This document shows positions 1-10,204 of a stretch of 24,000 nucleotides of DNA, piece after piece. Under the pieces are notes generated by a model. It had not been told where the DNA came from, searched no databases, and saw only the letters and a program-made list of their open reading frames with translations. Position numbers and translations under genes: made by a program. This DNA is from Rhodospirillales bacterium (GTDB lineage Bacteria > Pseudomonadota > Alphaproteobacteria > Rhodospirillales > HT1-32): the NCBI GenBank assembly GCA_040219025.1, contig JAVJTE010000015.1, positions 54,911 to 78,910 on the forward strand, given 5' to 3'. Position 1 is the stretch's first letter, and each line of letters starts with the position of its first letter.

Positions 1-447
1 CTGAAAGGCTATTACGGCAATATCGGCGAGAAGCAGTTCCGCCGCTATTATGCCGAGGCCGTTCGCCGTCGTGGTGATACCTCTGAAAATCTGGTGGGCA
101 TTCTGGAGCGTCGTCTCGATGCCGTTGTCTACCGTATGAAATTCGTACCGACTGTGTTCGCCTCCCGTCAGGTGATCAGCCATGGCCATATCAAGGTCAA
201 TGGCCAGCGGGTGAACGTTGCCTCCTACATGATCAAGGATGGTGATGTCGTCGAACTCAGCCCGAAAATTCGCGATATCCCGATGGTGCTCGATGCGGTC
301 GACAGCAACGAACGGGATGTGCCGGACTATATCGAAGTCGATCACAGCAAGATGCGTGGTGCCTTCATCCGCCAGCCGGAACTGGCCGATATTCCGTATC
401 CGGTGCAGATGGAACCGAACCTCGTCATCGAATTCTACTCTCGCTGA
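1..447 (+). CDS. rpsD: 30S ribosomal protein S4, C-terminal part (5' end outside the window)
   Basis: Frame 1 is open from base 1 ([45 protein letters not shown]...) and runs into the 94..447 ORF. S4 RNA-binding domain pattern present ([11 protein letters not shown]...[22 protein letters not shown]). TGA at 445-447, followed by a hairpin plus T-run. Confidence 0.95.
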   Translation: MKGYYGNIGEKQFRRYYAEAVRRRGDTSENLVGILERRLDAVVYRMKFVPTVFASRQVISHGHIKVNGQRVNVASYMIKDGDVVELSPKIRDIPMVLDAVDSNERDVPDYIEVDHSKMRGAFIRQPELADIPYPVQMEPNLVIEFYSR

Positions 448-474
448 CACTCGGTTTCTGTCGCGACGATATCA

Positions 475-503
475 GGCCGGCTCTTCAGGAGCCGGCCTTT
501 TTC
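475..503 (+). terminator. Rho-independent terminator of rpsD
   Basis: GGCCGGCTC (475-483) pairs with GAGCCGGCC (489-497) around a 5-nt loop, followed directly by TTTTTCGTTTC. Confidence 0.7.
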
Positions 504-605
504 GTTTCACCTTGTTCTCGCGGACGGTCAGGATAACCTCTGTACAGTCAGGGCGGGGGTAATGACGGCAGGCTCATGACGGGATAACGCCGGAAGGGAC
601 AGAAC

Positions 606-1304
606 GTGGTTGAAGACAAGGTACAGTCCGGCTCCCTGGCTGAGGCTCGCGAGAGGCTGAAGGCGCGGGACCATGCCGGTGCAGGGCAGATCGCAGAGAC
701 CCTTCTGAACACGGATTGCAGTGCGGCAACAAAAGCCGGAGCCTGTCATATTCTGGCCGTGGTGATGGCCCATGAAGGACGCCACGACGAGGCCGTCTCG
801 ATGCTGCGGGATGCGGTCTCCATGGACGGGGCGGTTGCTGCCTACCGGGTGACCCTTGGTGACCTGCTGCTGAAGACAGGAGGTATCACCGCAGCCCTTG
901 GCGAATTTGCCGTGGCCTGTGATGTCGAACCGGATTTTGCCCCGGCACATCTCCAGACAGGGAATGCGCTGGCGCGTCTTGGCCAGTTCGACAAGGCAGA
1001 AAATGCCTATATGACCTATAGCGAACTGCGCCCGACGGACCCGCAGGGCAAGAGCAATCTCGGGAATATCGCCGCCATGACCGGGCGTCCGGAAGCAGCC
1101 GTTGTGCTGTATGAAGCAGCACTGGCGCTGGAGCCGGATATGGCGGGTGTGCTGAGTAATCTCGGCAATGTGCTGATGCAGCTGGACCGGCCGGCCGATG
1201 CGGTCGCCCGCTATGTCGAGGCGCTGCGCCTGCAGCCCGGCAATCCGGCAATCCGTCGCAATCTCGGAATTGCGGAGAAGCGGCTTCAGGAAGGCAAATC
1301 ATGA
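606..1304 (+). CDS. Tetratricopeptide (TPR) repeat protein
   Basis: 232-aa ORF with a GTG start preceded by GGAAGGGA. Repeated 34-aa TPR-like units (e.g. NLGNIAAMTGRPEAAVVLYEAALALEPD, NLGNVLMQLDRPADAVARYVEALRLQPGN). Its stop overlaps the next start (ATGA at 1301-1304). Confidence 0.75.
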   Translation: MVEDKVQSGSLAEARERLKARDHAGAGQIAETLLNTDCSAATKAGACHILAVVMAHEGRHDEAVSMLRDAVSMDGAVAAYRVTLGDLLLKTGGITAALGEFAVACDVEPDFAPAHLQTGNALARLGQFDKAENAYMTYSELRPTDPQGKSNLGNIAAMTGRPEAAVVLYEAALALEPDMAGVLSNLGNVLMQLDRPADAVARYVEALRLQPGNPAIRRNLGIAEKRLQEGKS

Positions 1305-1897
1305 ACGACATTCTCTACTTCTATTCGGTCCGCTCCTCCTTCGCCTATCTCGGTTCACTCGAAATCACGGCACTTGCACGGCAGTGTGAACGGCGGCTTG
1401 TCCACAAGCCGGTTCATCTCGGCCGTCTGGCGGAGGGCTCGGGCGGAATTCGCTTCCCGGATCTGCATCCGATGCGGCAGGCACATGCGGAACGCGAAGT
1501 GGTGCGCTGGGCAAAGCGACGGGGCATGCCGGTAAACCCTGATCCGGTACATCATTATGGCGGTCGTGAACTGGCCAGTGGCTGTGTAATCGGTGCGCAG
1601 CGGAGCGGCGGCGATGTCGATGCGCTGTCGGCTGCTGTTCTGGCGGCACTCTGGCGCGATGACCGTGATCTGGACAGCCCGGAAGTTCTGGCGGATCTGT
1701 GTGAGTCAGTCGGCCTCGACGGGGCGTCGCTGGTTGGCAACGCGCACAATCCGGAATTGCAGCAGGAGTTTGCGGCCAACAGCGAAGAGGCGCTGGCGCT
1801 TGGTGTCTTCGGCTCACCCACTTACGTGGTGGACGGAGAGCTGTTCTACGGTCAGGACCGGCTGGACTTCGTCAGGGAAGCGCTTGCCCGCCGGTAA
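1301..1897 (+). CDS. 2-hydroxychromene-2-carboxylate isomerase family / DsbA-like thioredoxin-fold protein
   Basis: 198 aa. N-terminal FYSVRSSFAYLG and C-terminal GVFGSPTYVVDGELFYGQDRLDFV are typical of the HCCA-isomerase (DsbA-like, no CxxC) family. ATGA overlap with the TPR gene. Confidence 0.8.
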   Translation: MNDILYFYSVRSSFAYLGSLEITALARQCERRLVHKPVHLGRLAEGSGGIRFPDLHPMRQAHAEREVVRWAKRRGMPVNPDPVHHYGGRELASGCVIGAQRSGGDVDALSAAVLAALWRDDRDLDSPEVLADLCESVGLDGASLVGNAHNPELQQEFAANSEEALALGVFGSPTYVVDGELFYGQDRLDFVREALARR

Positions 1898-1909
1898 CAG
1901 CGTGGAAAT

Positions 1910-1939
1910 GCCGGGTCCGCGATCGTACGCAGACCCGGC
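1910..1939. terminator. Hairpin between convergent genes (possible bidirectional terminator, no U-tract)
   Basis: GCCGGGTC (1910-1917) pairs with GACCCGGC (1932-1939), with an inner GCG/CGC pairing. It lies between the stop of the DsbA-like gene (1897) and the stop of grxD (1949). No T-run on either side. Confidence 0.3.
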
Positions 1940-1948
1940 CGGTCCTGA

Positions 1949-2284
1949 TCAGGCGGCGCGCTGAACACCCTTGTCGGCAAGCAGCTGTTCCAGCTCACCG
2001 TTATCGAACATTTCGCGGATGATATCACAACCGCCGACGAACTCGCCTTTGACATAAAGCTGGGGAATTGTCGGCCAGTTCGAGAACTGTTTGATCCCTT
2101 CCCGGATTTCCATGTCTTCGAGAACGTTGACGCCTTTGAATTTCACACCGAGATGGCTGAGAATCTGAACGACAGTTGCCGAGAAACCGCATTGCGGGAA
2201 CATCGGGTTGCCTTTCATGAACAGCAGAACCTCGTTCTCGTCGACAGCCTTCTGGATATCGGCAAATACCGGATTATCGCTCAT
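1949..2284 (-). CDS. grxD: Monothiol glutaredoxin (Grx4 family)
   Basis: 111 aa with the CGFS active site ([14 protein letters not shown]) and [19 protein letters not shown], characteristic of monothiol Grx4/GrxD. Confidence 0.95.
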   Translation of the reverse strand: MSDNPVFADIQKAVDENEVLLFMKGNPMFPQCGFSATVVQILSHLGVKFKGVNVLEDMEIREGIKQFSNWPTIPQLYVKGEFVGGCDIIREMFDNGELEQLLADKGVQRAA

Positions 2285-2307
2285 CTTTTGTCCTTTTCTG
2301 AATGCGC

Positions 2308-2541
2308 TTATTCTGGCGCAGATGTCTGGAGGGCGAGGGCATGAAGCTCGTTGCCCATGCGACCCTTCAGTGTGGAATAAACCATTTGGTGCTGTTGTAC
2401 ACGCGACTTGCCTGCGAAGGCCGCAGAAACGACATGGGCGGCATAGTGGTCACCATCGCCGCGAAGGTCATCGATGCGGACATCCGCATCCGGCAGCCCT
2501 TCCTTGATCAAAGCTTCGATTTCGCCCGCAGACATTGCCAT
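2308..2541 (-). CDS. BolA family protein
   Basis: 77 aa. [27 protein letters not shown]...LHALALQT matches the BolA/IbaG fold pattern. It lies 23 bp upstream of grxD on the same strand (classic BolA-Grx pairing). Confidence 0.9.
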   Translation of the reverse strand: MAMSAGEIEALIKEGLPDADVRIDDLRGDGDHYAAHVVSAAFAGKSRVQQHQMVYSTLKGRMGNELHALALQTSAPE

Positions 2542-2567
2542 GACATTATTCCCCTCAAGTTGTCCGG

Positions 2568-2596
2568 CATATAGGCGGACCGGATTGCACTGTCAA
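2568..2596 (-). promoter_or_regulatory. Sigma70-like promoter candidate for bolA-grxD
   Basis: Minus strand reads TTGACA (complement of 2591-2596), a 17-bp spacer, then TATATG (complement of 2568-2573), about 27 bp upstream of the bolA ATG (2541). Confidence 0.35.
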
Positions 2597-2619
2597 CGGT
2601 CAGGCTGACAGGAAAGGTC

Positions 2620-4620
2620 TCAGCAGTTGATGTCCGCAGGCCCGGTCTGCGGGCTGATGCCCGGAAGTTCGATGGTGACAGTGGTTCCGATATTCAGGCT
2701 GCTCCTGATCTTCAACTGTCCGCCATGTGCGTTGACGAAGGCATCAACCAGCGCCAGCCCCAGCCCCGTCCCTTCGTTATCGCGGATCATGATGTCTTCC
2801 GCCTGTACAAACGGTCGCAGGACATTGCCGACATCATGCTCGCTCATCCCGCGACCGGTATCTGCCATTGTGATCCTGATGGTGTCTTGTCTGGTCTGTT
2901 CCGCTTCGATGACAATACCGCCTTCGCTGGTGAATTTGACGGCATTGCTGAGCAAATTCAGAAAGACCTGCTTCATTTTCAGTTCATCACCGAGGATCAG
3001 CAGCTGATCCTGATTCACCCTCACCTGCAATGTCAGCGATTTCTCCTGCAGACGCGGGCGGCACATCCGGATGGCAGATTCCAGAATCGGAACGAGGTCG
3101 ATCTGCTCGAAATCCAGCCTCATTTCACCGGCCTCGATCTTCGAGATGTCGAGGATATCGCTGATGATTTTCAGCAGATGCTCGCCGGAACGCTGGATAT
3201 CGTCGGCATATTCCTTGTACTGGCGTGTTGAATGCGGACCGAATATCTCTTGATTCAGGATTGTCGAGAATCCGATGATGGCATTCAGCGGCGTTCTCAG
3301 TTCGTGGCTCATGTTGGCGAGAAACTGTGACTTTGCATGATTGGCCAGTTCAGCTTCCCGTTTGGCGGCCATCAGTTCACGTTCATGGCGCCGCTGGGCG
3401 CTGCGGTCGCGGACGATTGACTGCATGACCCGGGTGCCGCCGTTGCTGATCACCCGGGAGCTGATCTCGACCGGAATGGCATATCCCTCTTTGTGGACCA
3501 TCTCCCAGTCAAACACCATTTTCCGGCCATCGCGCAGTTCGTCCGGACGTTTCCTGATCTCGTCACGATGATTCTCGTAACTCAGATCTCCATAGCGGAG
3601 AGCCTTGATTTCATCGAGAGAATAGCCGAGGAGCCGCTGGGCCGGCTCGTTGGCGCCGATATAGACCAGCTTCTCCGGATCAATCAGGAACATGGCATCG
3701 GAGGCATGTTCAAAAAGATACTCGAACGACTTCTGTGACTGGTCAACTGCCCGGCGTGCGGCGGAGGCCTCACGGGCACGCAGATAGCCGAGGGCCGCGA
3801 TCAGCATCCAGGCCGCCCCTGCCAGTGCAGCGGTGACCCAGATCGACCAGTGCGGCCCGACGGAGCCCCGCCAGCCATTTTTGGGTATGCCTGCGATCAC
3901 CCAGGACCCGCCGGGGACGTCGATCGTTGTCCTGACAGCATCCTCGCTGAACAGGCTTTCCTGACCGTAAAACACGGCACCGTCATCGCCCCGGCCATCA
4001 CGCCCCCGGATTGCGAGACTGAACTCCTCTCCCAGCCGGATAATCCCGCTATTGATCAGCAGTTTCCGGAAATCAATCGGTGCTGATGCCACGCCCCACA
4101 GCCGGGTTCCGGTATCATTGTTAACGTAGATCGGCAGGCGGCCAATGATCGCCTCACCGCCCTGAATCAGCGGCAACGGGCCGGCCAGCTGCATTTCGCC
4201 GGTATTGATGGCGCGCAGGATCACATCAATCTGGCCGGGTATCTTTCGGTAATCCACGCCCAGAACCGCTTTGTTCGGCTCCAGCGGATAGACATGTGTA
4301 ATGATCAGATTCTTTGCTGCGGCAAGATTGATCAGGGCAGGGCCGTAACGGAGCAATTCCGATGCATGATTTGAGAAGTTGTTCTGGTCAAGATCGGGAT
4401 CTACCGCGATATGGGCCGCGACCCCGGTCAGCAGCAGCATATTGCTGTTGATCTGGCCTTCAAGCCGCGCCTTCAGGGTTGCCAGCTTGAACTGAAGATC
4501 TGCCCGGCGGGTCTCAATGCCGGTTTCTGTGCTGAGACGGGACATGAAAGCCGCCGCCGCAAAGATGACAACGATCCCGCAGATCAATACGCAGCCGTAT
4601 TTTATCTGATCGCGCGTCAC
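2620..4620 (-). CDS. Membrane sensor histidine kinase (TM - CHASE-like periplasmic domain - TM - PAS - HisKA - HATPase_c)
   Basis: 666 aa, GTG start. N-terminal TM helix ([17 protein letters not shown]) and a CHASE-like segment ([14 protein letters not shown]...[21 protein letters not shown]...[20 protein letters not shown]). Second TM ([20 protein letters not shown]) and a PAS region ([14 protein letters not shown]...). H-box [23 protein letters not shown]-box [10 protein letters not shown]-boxes DTGRGM and GTGLGLAL. No receiver domain and no adjacent response regulator. Confidence 0.9.
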   Translation of the reverse strand: MTRDQIKYGCVLICGIVVIFAAAAFMSRLSTETGIETRRADLQFKLATLKARLEGQINSNMLLLTGVAAHIAVDPDLDQNNFSNHASELLRYGPALINLAAAKNLIITHVYPLEPNKAVLGVDYRKIPGQIDVILRAINTGEMQLAGPLPLIQGGEAIIGRLPIYVNNDTGTRLWGVASAPIDFRKLLINSGIIRLGEEFSLAIRGRDGRGDDGAVFYGQESLFSEDAVRTTIDVPGGSWVIAGIPKNGWRGSVGPHWSIWVTAALAGAAWMLIAALGYLRAREASAARRAVDQSQKSFEYLFEHASDAMFLIDPEKLVYIGANEPAQRLLGYSLDEIKALRYGDLSYENHRDEIRKRPDELRDGRKMVFDWEMVHKEGYAIPVEISSRVISNGGTRVMQSIVRDRSAQRRHERELMAAKREAELANHAKSQFLANMSHELRTPLNAIIGFSTILNQEIFGPHSTRQYKEYADDIQRSGEHLLKIISDILDISKIEAGEMRLDFEQIDLVPILESAIRMCRPRLQEKSLTLQVRVNQDQLLILGDELKMKQVFLNLLSNAVKFTSEGGIVIEAEQTRQDTIRITMADTGRGMSEHDVGNVLRPFVQAEDIMIRDNEGTGLGLALVDAFVNAHGGQLKIRSSLNIGTTVTIELPGISPQTGPADINC

Positions 4621-4733
4621 ATTCCGGTTCCGATCAACGTCAGGGGTCTGCAGGTAACAGCCCGGCAGGAATGATATTGTCGACCTTCAGACTTGTTCGA
4701 TCAATAAGGGATGTTGCGTATCGTGATTCTGTC

Positions 4734-6926
4734 TCAGGCCATATAGGCGGGCATCCAGTCTTCATGGGCCCGGCGCAGGGCGTCGATCTGTACGTCCCCG
4801 ACTCCCTTCAGGGCGAGGCTTGTGCCGCCGCTCCGTCCGATGACGCGGGCGCTGACATCTGCGGCAGCAGCCTTCTCCACCAGTGCAGCACTGTCCGTGA
4901 CAGCGACCAGATAACGGGCCTGGTCTTCACCGAACAGCCAGCCATGCGCGGGCAGGTTGTCCGGGAGGGTCGTCAGCTCGGCACCTGTACTTCCCGCCAG
5001 GCACATCTCGGCCAAGGCGACCAGCAGACCGCCATCGGACAGGTCATGGCAGGCCCGGATATCACCGGAAAGGATGCCCGTGCGGACAAAGTCGCCATTA
5101 CGCCGTTCCAGCGCCAGATCAACCGGTGGCGGCGCACCTTCTTCGCGACCGGCAATCTCGCGCAGGTAAAGGGATGCTCCCATCCAGCCCGCAGTATCAC
5201 CGATCAGTAAGATGTCGCAGTCTGCCGGCAGGGCGATACGGGCCATGTCCTGCACATCATCGATCCGGCCAACCGCGCCGATGGTCGGGGTCGGCAGAAT
5301 GGCCTGGCCGTTGGTCTCGTTATAGAGCGAGACATTGCCGGAGACGACGGGGAAATCGAGCGCGAGGCAGGCTTCCCGCATACCCTCGATGCAGCCGACG
5401 AACTGGCCCATGATTTCCGGGCGCTCCGGATTGCCGAAGTTCATGTTGTCGGTTACCGCAAGCGGCAGGGCACCGACAGCGGTGATATTGCGCCAGGCTT
5501 CGGCAACCGCCTGTCTGCCGCCCATCACCGGGTCGGCGACGCAGTAGCGGGGTGTGCAGTCGGAGGTCATGGCAAGGCCCTTGCGGGTACCGTGCACGCG
5601 AACGACCGCCGCATCGCCACCGGGACGCTGGACACTGTCGGCCATCACCATGTGGTCATACTGTTCCCATATCCACTTTTTCGAGGCGACATCCGGGCAG
5701 CCCATGATCTGCGTCAGTGCGTCCATCAGATCGTCCGGCGCGGGCAGATCGGCAGCCGGAATCACCGGGCGAGCCGGTGTCGGTTTCCAGGGGCGGTCAT
5801 ATTCGGGCGAGGCCAGTGCCAGCGGGTCAATCGGCAGGTCGGCCTGAATTTCGCCATGCATCCGCAGAACCATGCGTCCGGTATCGGTCAGCGTGCCGCA
5901 GACCGAGAAATCCAGATCCCATTTCTCAATGATCGCCCGCGCGGCATCTTCAGAGCCCGGCCGCAGCACCATCAGCATGCGTTCCTGACTTTCGGACAGC
6001 ATGATCTCGTAGGCGGTCATACCGGTCTCCCGGGTTGGCACCCGATCCAGGTCAAGATCGACGCCGAGGCCGCCTTTCGACGCCATTTCAAAGGAGGACG
6101 AGGTCAGACCGGCGGCACCCATATCCTGAATGGCAACAATGGCGTCGGTCGCCATCAGTTCAAGACAGGCCTCGATCAGCAGCTTCTCCGTAAACGGGTC
6201 ACCAACCTGTACGGTCGGGCGCTTGGCATCCGAAGCATCGTCAAATTCGGCAGAGGCCATGGTAGCCCCGTGAATACCGTCACGCCCGGTTTTGGACCCG
6301 ACATAGACGATGGGATTGCCGACACCGGAGGCGGCGGAATAGAAAATGTTATCCGCCTCGGCGAGACCCACGGTCATCGCATTGACAAGGATATTGCCGT
6401 TATAGCTGGCGTGGAAATTACATTCTCCACCGACTGTCGGCACACCGACGCAGTTACCATAACCACCGATACCGGCAACGACACCGGCGACGAGATGGCG
6501 GGTTTTCTCATGTGATATATCGCCAAAGCGCAGCGCGTTCAGGTTGGCGACAGGCCGTGCACCCATGGTGAAGACATCACGGAGGATACCGCCAACACCG
6601 GTCGCTGCCCCCTGATAAGGCTCAATGAAGGACGGATGGTTGTGGCTTTCCATCTTGAAGATGGCGGCCTGTCCGTCGCCGATATCGATGACGCCGGCAT
6701 TTTCACCGGGGCCGCAGATCACCCAGGGGGCGGTCGTCGGCAGGGTTTTCAGCCATTTCTTTGATGACTTGTAGGAACAATGTTCCGACCACATGACCGA
6801 AAAGATACCCAGTTCGGTCAGGTTCGGTTCCCGCCCCAGAATATCACAGGCGGTTTTATATTCATCAGGGGTCAGGCCATGGCTGGCGATGACGTCAGGG
6901 GTGATGTCGCTGGTCTGGTTTGTCAC
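4734..6926 (-). CDS. purL: Phosphoribosylformylglycinamidine synthase subunit PurL
   Basis: 730 aa, GTG start. [48 protein letters not shown] and [25 protein letters not shown] are hallmark small-PurL motifs. Confidence 0.97.
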   Translation of the reverse strand: MTNQTSDITPDVIASHGLTPDEYKTACDILGREPNLTELGIFSVMWSEHCSYKSSKKWLKTLPTTAPWVICGPGENAGVIDIGDGQAAIFKMESHNHPSFIEPYQGAATGVGGILRDVFTMGARPVANLNALRFGDISHEKTRHLVAGVVAGIGGYGNCVGVPTVGGECNFHASYNGNILVNAMTVGLAEADNIFYSAASGVGNPIVYVGSKTGRDGIHGATMASAEFDDASDAKRPTVQVGDPFTEKLLIEACLELMATDAIVAIQDMGAAGLTSSSFEMASKGGLGVDLDLDRVPTRETGMTAYEIMLSESQERMLMVLRPGSEDAARAIIEKWDLDFSVCGTLTDTGRMVLRMHGEIQADLPIDPLALASPEYDRPWKPTPARPVIPAADLPAPDDLMDALTQIMGCPDVASKKWIWEQYDHMVMADSVQRPGGDAAVVRVHGTRKGLAMTSDCTPRYCVADPVMGGRQAVAEAWRNITAVGALPLAVTDNMNFGNPERPEIMGQFVGCIEGMREACLALDFPVVSGNVSLYNETNGQAILPTPTIGAVGRIDDVQDMARIALPADCDILLIGDTAGWMGASLYLREIAGREEGAPPPVDLALERRNGDFVRTGILSGDIRACHDLSDGGLLVALAEMCLAGSTGAELTTLPDNLPAHGWLFGEDQARYLVAVTDSAALVEKAAAADVSARVIGRSGGTSLALKGVGDVQIDALRRAHEDWMPAYMA

Positions 6927-6980
6927 TGTTTTCCGACTGGTCGTTCAGGGTGAGCAGATAGGGTTGAGCAGATAAAGGGG

Positions 6981-7667
6981 TCAGAGCCGTCCGGCGAGGG
7001 CGGCAAACATCGCCGCACCGTCCATACCGCCAAGTTCCGGATCGGCCAGCCGTTCCGGATGGGGCATCATGCCAAGCACATTGCCCCGGTCGTTGAAGAT
7101 ACCGGCAATGTTGCGTGCTGCCCCGTTCGGGTTGGCATCATCGTTCGCTGCACCGTCGGGTGCGCAGTAACGAAAGGCGATCTGGCCGCCCCCTTCCAGC
7201 CGGTCCAGCACGTCCGGGCCGGCCTGGTAATTACCTTCCATATGGGCGATGGGCACGGTGATGACCTGGCCTTCCGTATAGCCTTTGGTGAACAGCCGGT
7301 CGTTGCGTTCGACCCGCAGCGTGACATCGCGGCAGATATATTTCAGACCGCGGTTTCGCATCAGCACACCGGGCAGCAGCCCGCTTTCGGTCAGCACCTG
7401 AAAGCCGTTACAGATACCCAGCACCGGCGTGCCGGCAGCTGCCGCCTTGCGGACCTCGGACATGATCGGGGATTTGGCAGCGATTGCGCCGCAGCGCAGA
7501 TAGTCACCGTAGGAAAAACCGCCGGGAACGACCAGCAGGTCAACGGCAGGAAGGCTGGTATCCTTGTGCCACAGCATCAGCGGTTTCTGACCTGTCGCCT
7601 GTTCCAGTGCCACCGCGGCATCCCGGTCACAGTTCGATCCGGGGAATACGATCACAGCTGCTTTCAT
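6981..7667 (-). CDS. purQ: Phosphoribosylformylglycinamidine synthase subunit PurQ (glutaminase)
   Basis: 228 aa. [16 protein letters not shown]..., nucleophile elbow GICNGFQ, and C-terminal MMPHPER (triad His). Confidence 0.97.
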   Translation of the reverse strand: MKAAVIVFPGSNCDRDAAVALEQATGQKPLMLWHKDTSLPAVDLLVVPGGFSYGDYLRCGAIAAKSPIMSEVRKAAAAGTPVLGICNGFQVLTESGLLPGVLMRNRGLKYICRDVTLRVERNDRLFTKGYTEGQVITVPIAHMEGNYQAGPDVLDRLEGGGQIAFRYCAPDGAANDDANPNGAARNIAGIFNDRGNVLGMMPHPERLADPELGGMDGAAMFAALAGRL

Positions 7668-7728
7668 CAGTTACTTTCCGATAGGTTCAATGCGGGTGTT
7701 CGGCAATGTCGGGGATCCGGCGTGATGC

Positions 7729-7971
7729 TCAGGCGACGACTTCGATCTCGTAATTCTCGATGACCGTGTTGGCGAGCAGCCTGTCGCACATCTCGGCAAC
7801 CTGCTTCTCGACTGTGGCGCGATCAGTGCCGTCGAGTTCGATTTCAATGAACTTGCCCTGACGCAGGTCTTTGACACCGTCGAAACCGAGCGCCCCGAGT
7901 GCGCCCATGACTGCCTTGCCCTGTGGATCGAGAACCCCGTCTTTGAGGGTGATATGCACGCGTGCTTTCAT
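7729..7971 (-). CDS. purS: Phosphoribosylformylglycinamidine synthase subunit PurS
   Basis: 80 aa. MKARVHITLKDGVLDPQGKAV...LANTVIENYEIEV is typical of PurS. Positioned between purC and purQ. Confidence 0.95.
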   Translation of the reverse strand: MKARVHITLKDGVLDPQGKAVMGALGALGFDGVKDLRQGKFIEIELDGTDRATVEKQVAEMCDRLLANTVIENYEIEVVA

Positions 7972-7999
7972 CTTGGTCCGTTTTCCGTCGCTTGAGTGG

Positions 8000-8764
8000 T
8001 TACTGCATCAGGGCCGGGCCCTTCATATCGCCCGGTCCGCTTTCTGGAAGGATGCCAAGGCGTCGGGCGACCTCCTGATAGGCCTCCTCGACCCGGCCCA
8101 GGTCCTGCCGGAACCTGTCCTTGTCCATTCGTTCATTGGTCTTTATGTCCCACAACCGGCAACTGTCGGGGCTGATTTCATCGGCCAGTACAATACGCAG
8201 GTCGTCGCCGGTCCAGAGCCGCCCGAATTCCAGCTTGAAATCGACCAGCCGGATACCGACACCAAGAAACAGTCCCATCAGAAAGTCGTTGATGCGCAGG
8301 CTCATGGCGAGAATATCATCCAGCTCCTGCGGAACTGCCCAGCCGAAGGCCGTGATATGTTCTTCCGAGACAATCGGGTAGCCGAGTTCTTCCGACATGT
8401 AGCGAAACTCGACAATCGACCGGGGCAGGGGGGCACCTTCCGCCATCCCGAAACGATCCGCAAAGGAGCCGGCGGCGATGTTCCGCACGGCAACTTTCAC
8501 CTGCACGATCTCGACTTCGCGGACAAGCTGTTCACGCATGTTCAGCCGCCGGACGAAATGGGTCGGCACGCCGATTTCCGACAGCCGTGTCATCAGATAT
8601 TCGGAGATGCGGTTGTTCAGGACACCTTTGCCGGTGATGACACCCTTTTCCGCGCCATGGGCGCTGTAGGCATCGTCCTTGAAATACTGCACCAGCGTAC
8701 CCGGCTCCGGGCCTTCAAAGAGCACTTTTGCCCTGCCCTCGTAAATCTGCCTGCGTCGGGCCAT
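8000..8764 (-). CDS. purC: Phosphoribosylaminoimidazole-succinocarboxamide (SAICAR) synthase
   Basis: 254 aa. [26 protein letters not shown]..., [14 protein letters not shown] and the overall pattern match PurC. First gene of the purC-S-Q-L run. Confidence 0.97.
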   Translation of the reverse strand: MARRRQIYEGRAKVLFEGPEPGTLVQYFKDDAYSAHGAEKGVITGKGVLNNRISEYLMTRLSEIGVPTHFVRRLNMREQLVREVEIVQVKVAVRNIAAGSFADRFGMAEGAPLPRSIVEFRYMSEELGYPIVSEEHITAFGWAVPQELDDILAMSLRINDFLMGLFLGVGIRLVDFKLEFGRLWTGDDLRIVLADEISPDSCRLWDIKTNERMDKDRFRQDLGRVEEAYQEVARRLGILPESGPGDMKGPALMQ

Positions 8765-8882
8765 GTCTGGAATCCGTTCTGTGGGCCTGCTGATAGCCCC
8801 GGTTGAGGCCGACCCGTCCCGGGGCGACCCTGATCTCTGCTATATCAACAAAAAAGGGGCATAACAACGGCGGTCAGCAGAA

Positions 8883-9638
8883 TCAATCCAGCCGGATTGC
8901 GGCAAATTTCGCCTTGTCCCTCGGGGCGCTGTTGAACAGCCACCGGGGCTTTACACCGGTCCGTCCGATGGCCGGCAGTGCCATCAGACTGCTCGATACC
9001 GTGCCGAAACCGGTATCGCTGCCGACCAGCATGGCGCTGCCCGGACCTGCTTTTGCATCGCTGTCCCGGGACGCCAGCAGGGCCGCCCAGGCGAACCAGC
9101 CGTCATCCTGCTCCGGTTCGGGCGCCGGTGCTGATCTGAAGCGGGGCAGATAGCGGGCTGTCCGGGGGGCAGAAAGATCATTCAGATCATGAGCCGTCAG
9201 CATGGAAACGCCGTCAGGAACCGGCAGAACCTCGACAATCCCCTCGCCGGTTGACCTGACCCAGAAGGCATCGCGGTTGTCGGTAACGAACAGGTTGAAG
9301 CCACGGTAGCTTGATCCGTCGAGATCGGCGATCGCGGCCGCAGCCTCCGATGCATCCGCATGATCAAGCATTTCAAGGACAAGTTCGCCGCGGGTGCGCT
9401 TGCCGTCCTGGGGGCCGAGCGAATGCGGCCGGTTCAGGACCCCGGCGATCACACCATGGTCGTTCATGCCAAGCCAGGAACCACCGGAAAGTTCATCCAT
9501 GCCGGCGACAACATCTGGCCGGTCACCCCAGTGCCGACCGGGCAGCCGCCAGGGACGGACAGCCATTTCGTCACGGTTTGCAGCAACGATGACGGGCCAG
9601 TCATGATCCGGCCGCCGGAGGATGATAACGGAACACAT
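8883..9638 (-). CDS. NRDE family protein (PF05742, TANGO2-like)
   Basis: MCSVIILRRPDHDWPVIVAANRDEMAVRPW...GGSWLGMNDHGVIAGVLNR carries the eponymous NRDE motif. The family normally begins Met-Cys, so I place the start at ATG 9638 (Met11 of the 8883..9668 ORF) rather than 9668. Confidence 0.85.
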   Translation of the reverse strand: MCSVIILRRPDHDWPVIVAANRDEMAVRPWRLPGRHWGDRPDVVAGMDELSGGSWLGMNDHGVIAGVLNRPHSLGPQDGKRTRGELVLEMLDHADASEAAAAIADLDGSSYRGFNLFVTDNRDAFWVRSTGEGIVEVLPVPDGVSMLTAHDLNDLSAPRTARYLPRFRSAPAPEPEQDDGWFAWAALLASRDSDAKAGPGSAMLVGSDTGFGTVSSSLMALPAIGRTGVKPRWLFNSAPRDKAKFAAIRLD

Positions 9639-9782
9639 TTCCGCACCAAGATAGGCGCACTCCCGCAAACCGCAATCATCTGCCGGATGAATTTATCATG
9701 GCTTTGGTAACAATGTCATTGAAACACCGCCTGATCGACTTATCTTCTGGCCAACTTAAATTCAGGCAGGAGAACCGGGATC

Positions 9783-10097
9783 ATGGCGTCATTCAAGGAT
9801 CGCGAGAAGGGCTTTGAAGCCAAATACAAAAATGACGAGGAAACCCGTTTCAAGGTGGAATCCCGTCGCAACCGGATGCTGGGCGCCTGGGCGGCTGAAC
9901 TGCTCGGCAAGGCGGATGCCGATGCCTATACCAAGGAAGTCATGGCCTCGGACTTTGACGAGCCGGGTGATGATGATGTCCTCCGCAAGGTACTGGGCGA
10001 TTTTGAAAGCGCCGGTGTGGCGATGACGCGCGATGCCCTGCGCCGAAAAATGGATGACCTCTATGCCGAAGCTCACCTGCAGGTAACGCAGGGCTGA
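9783..10097 (+). CDS. DUF1476 protein / F1-ATPase inhibitor zeta subunit family
   Basis: 104 aa with a good SD (AGGAGAA). FKDREKGFEAKY..ETRFKVESRRNRMLGAWAAELLGK...SDFDEPGDDDVLRKV closely follows the alphaproteobacterial zeta-subunit pattern (Paracoccus-type DRE..EAKF...ARRNRLLGEWAA...SDFDEPGDEDV), recalled from memory. Confidence 0.85.
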   Translation: MASFKDREKGFEAKYKNDEETRFKVESRRNRMLGAWAAELLGKADADAYTKEVMASDFDEPGDDDVLRKVLGDFESAGVAMTRDALRRKMDDLYAEAHLQVTQG

Positions 10098-10204
10098 CCG
10101 GACGGGTTTTTCTGTCAAGCGAAGATTGCCGGAAACTATTCGCTTGGGATTAGAGGAACTGCCTCCTAGATTGCAACTATCAGGAATGCAATCCGGTTGG
10201 GTAA

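Noticed and set aside
8765-8882. purC upstream leader with a GCCCCGG/CCGGGGC hairpin (8796-8825) and a GGGTCG string. Considered as a ZTP (pfl) or other purine-related riboswitch, and the T-run at ~8850 (minus strand) as a terminator of the NRDE gene.
   Set aside because: The ZTP hallmark second subdomain (CCGCCUGGGC-like) is absent. The hairpin has a 16-nt loop and no U-tract. The T-run is not preceded by a convincing stem.
10098-10204. GGGTTTTTC just after the zeta-subunit gene stop, considered as a possible terminator.
   Set aside because: I could not find a stable stem immediately upstream of the T-run.
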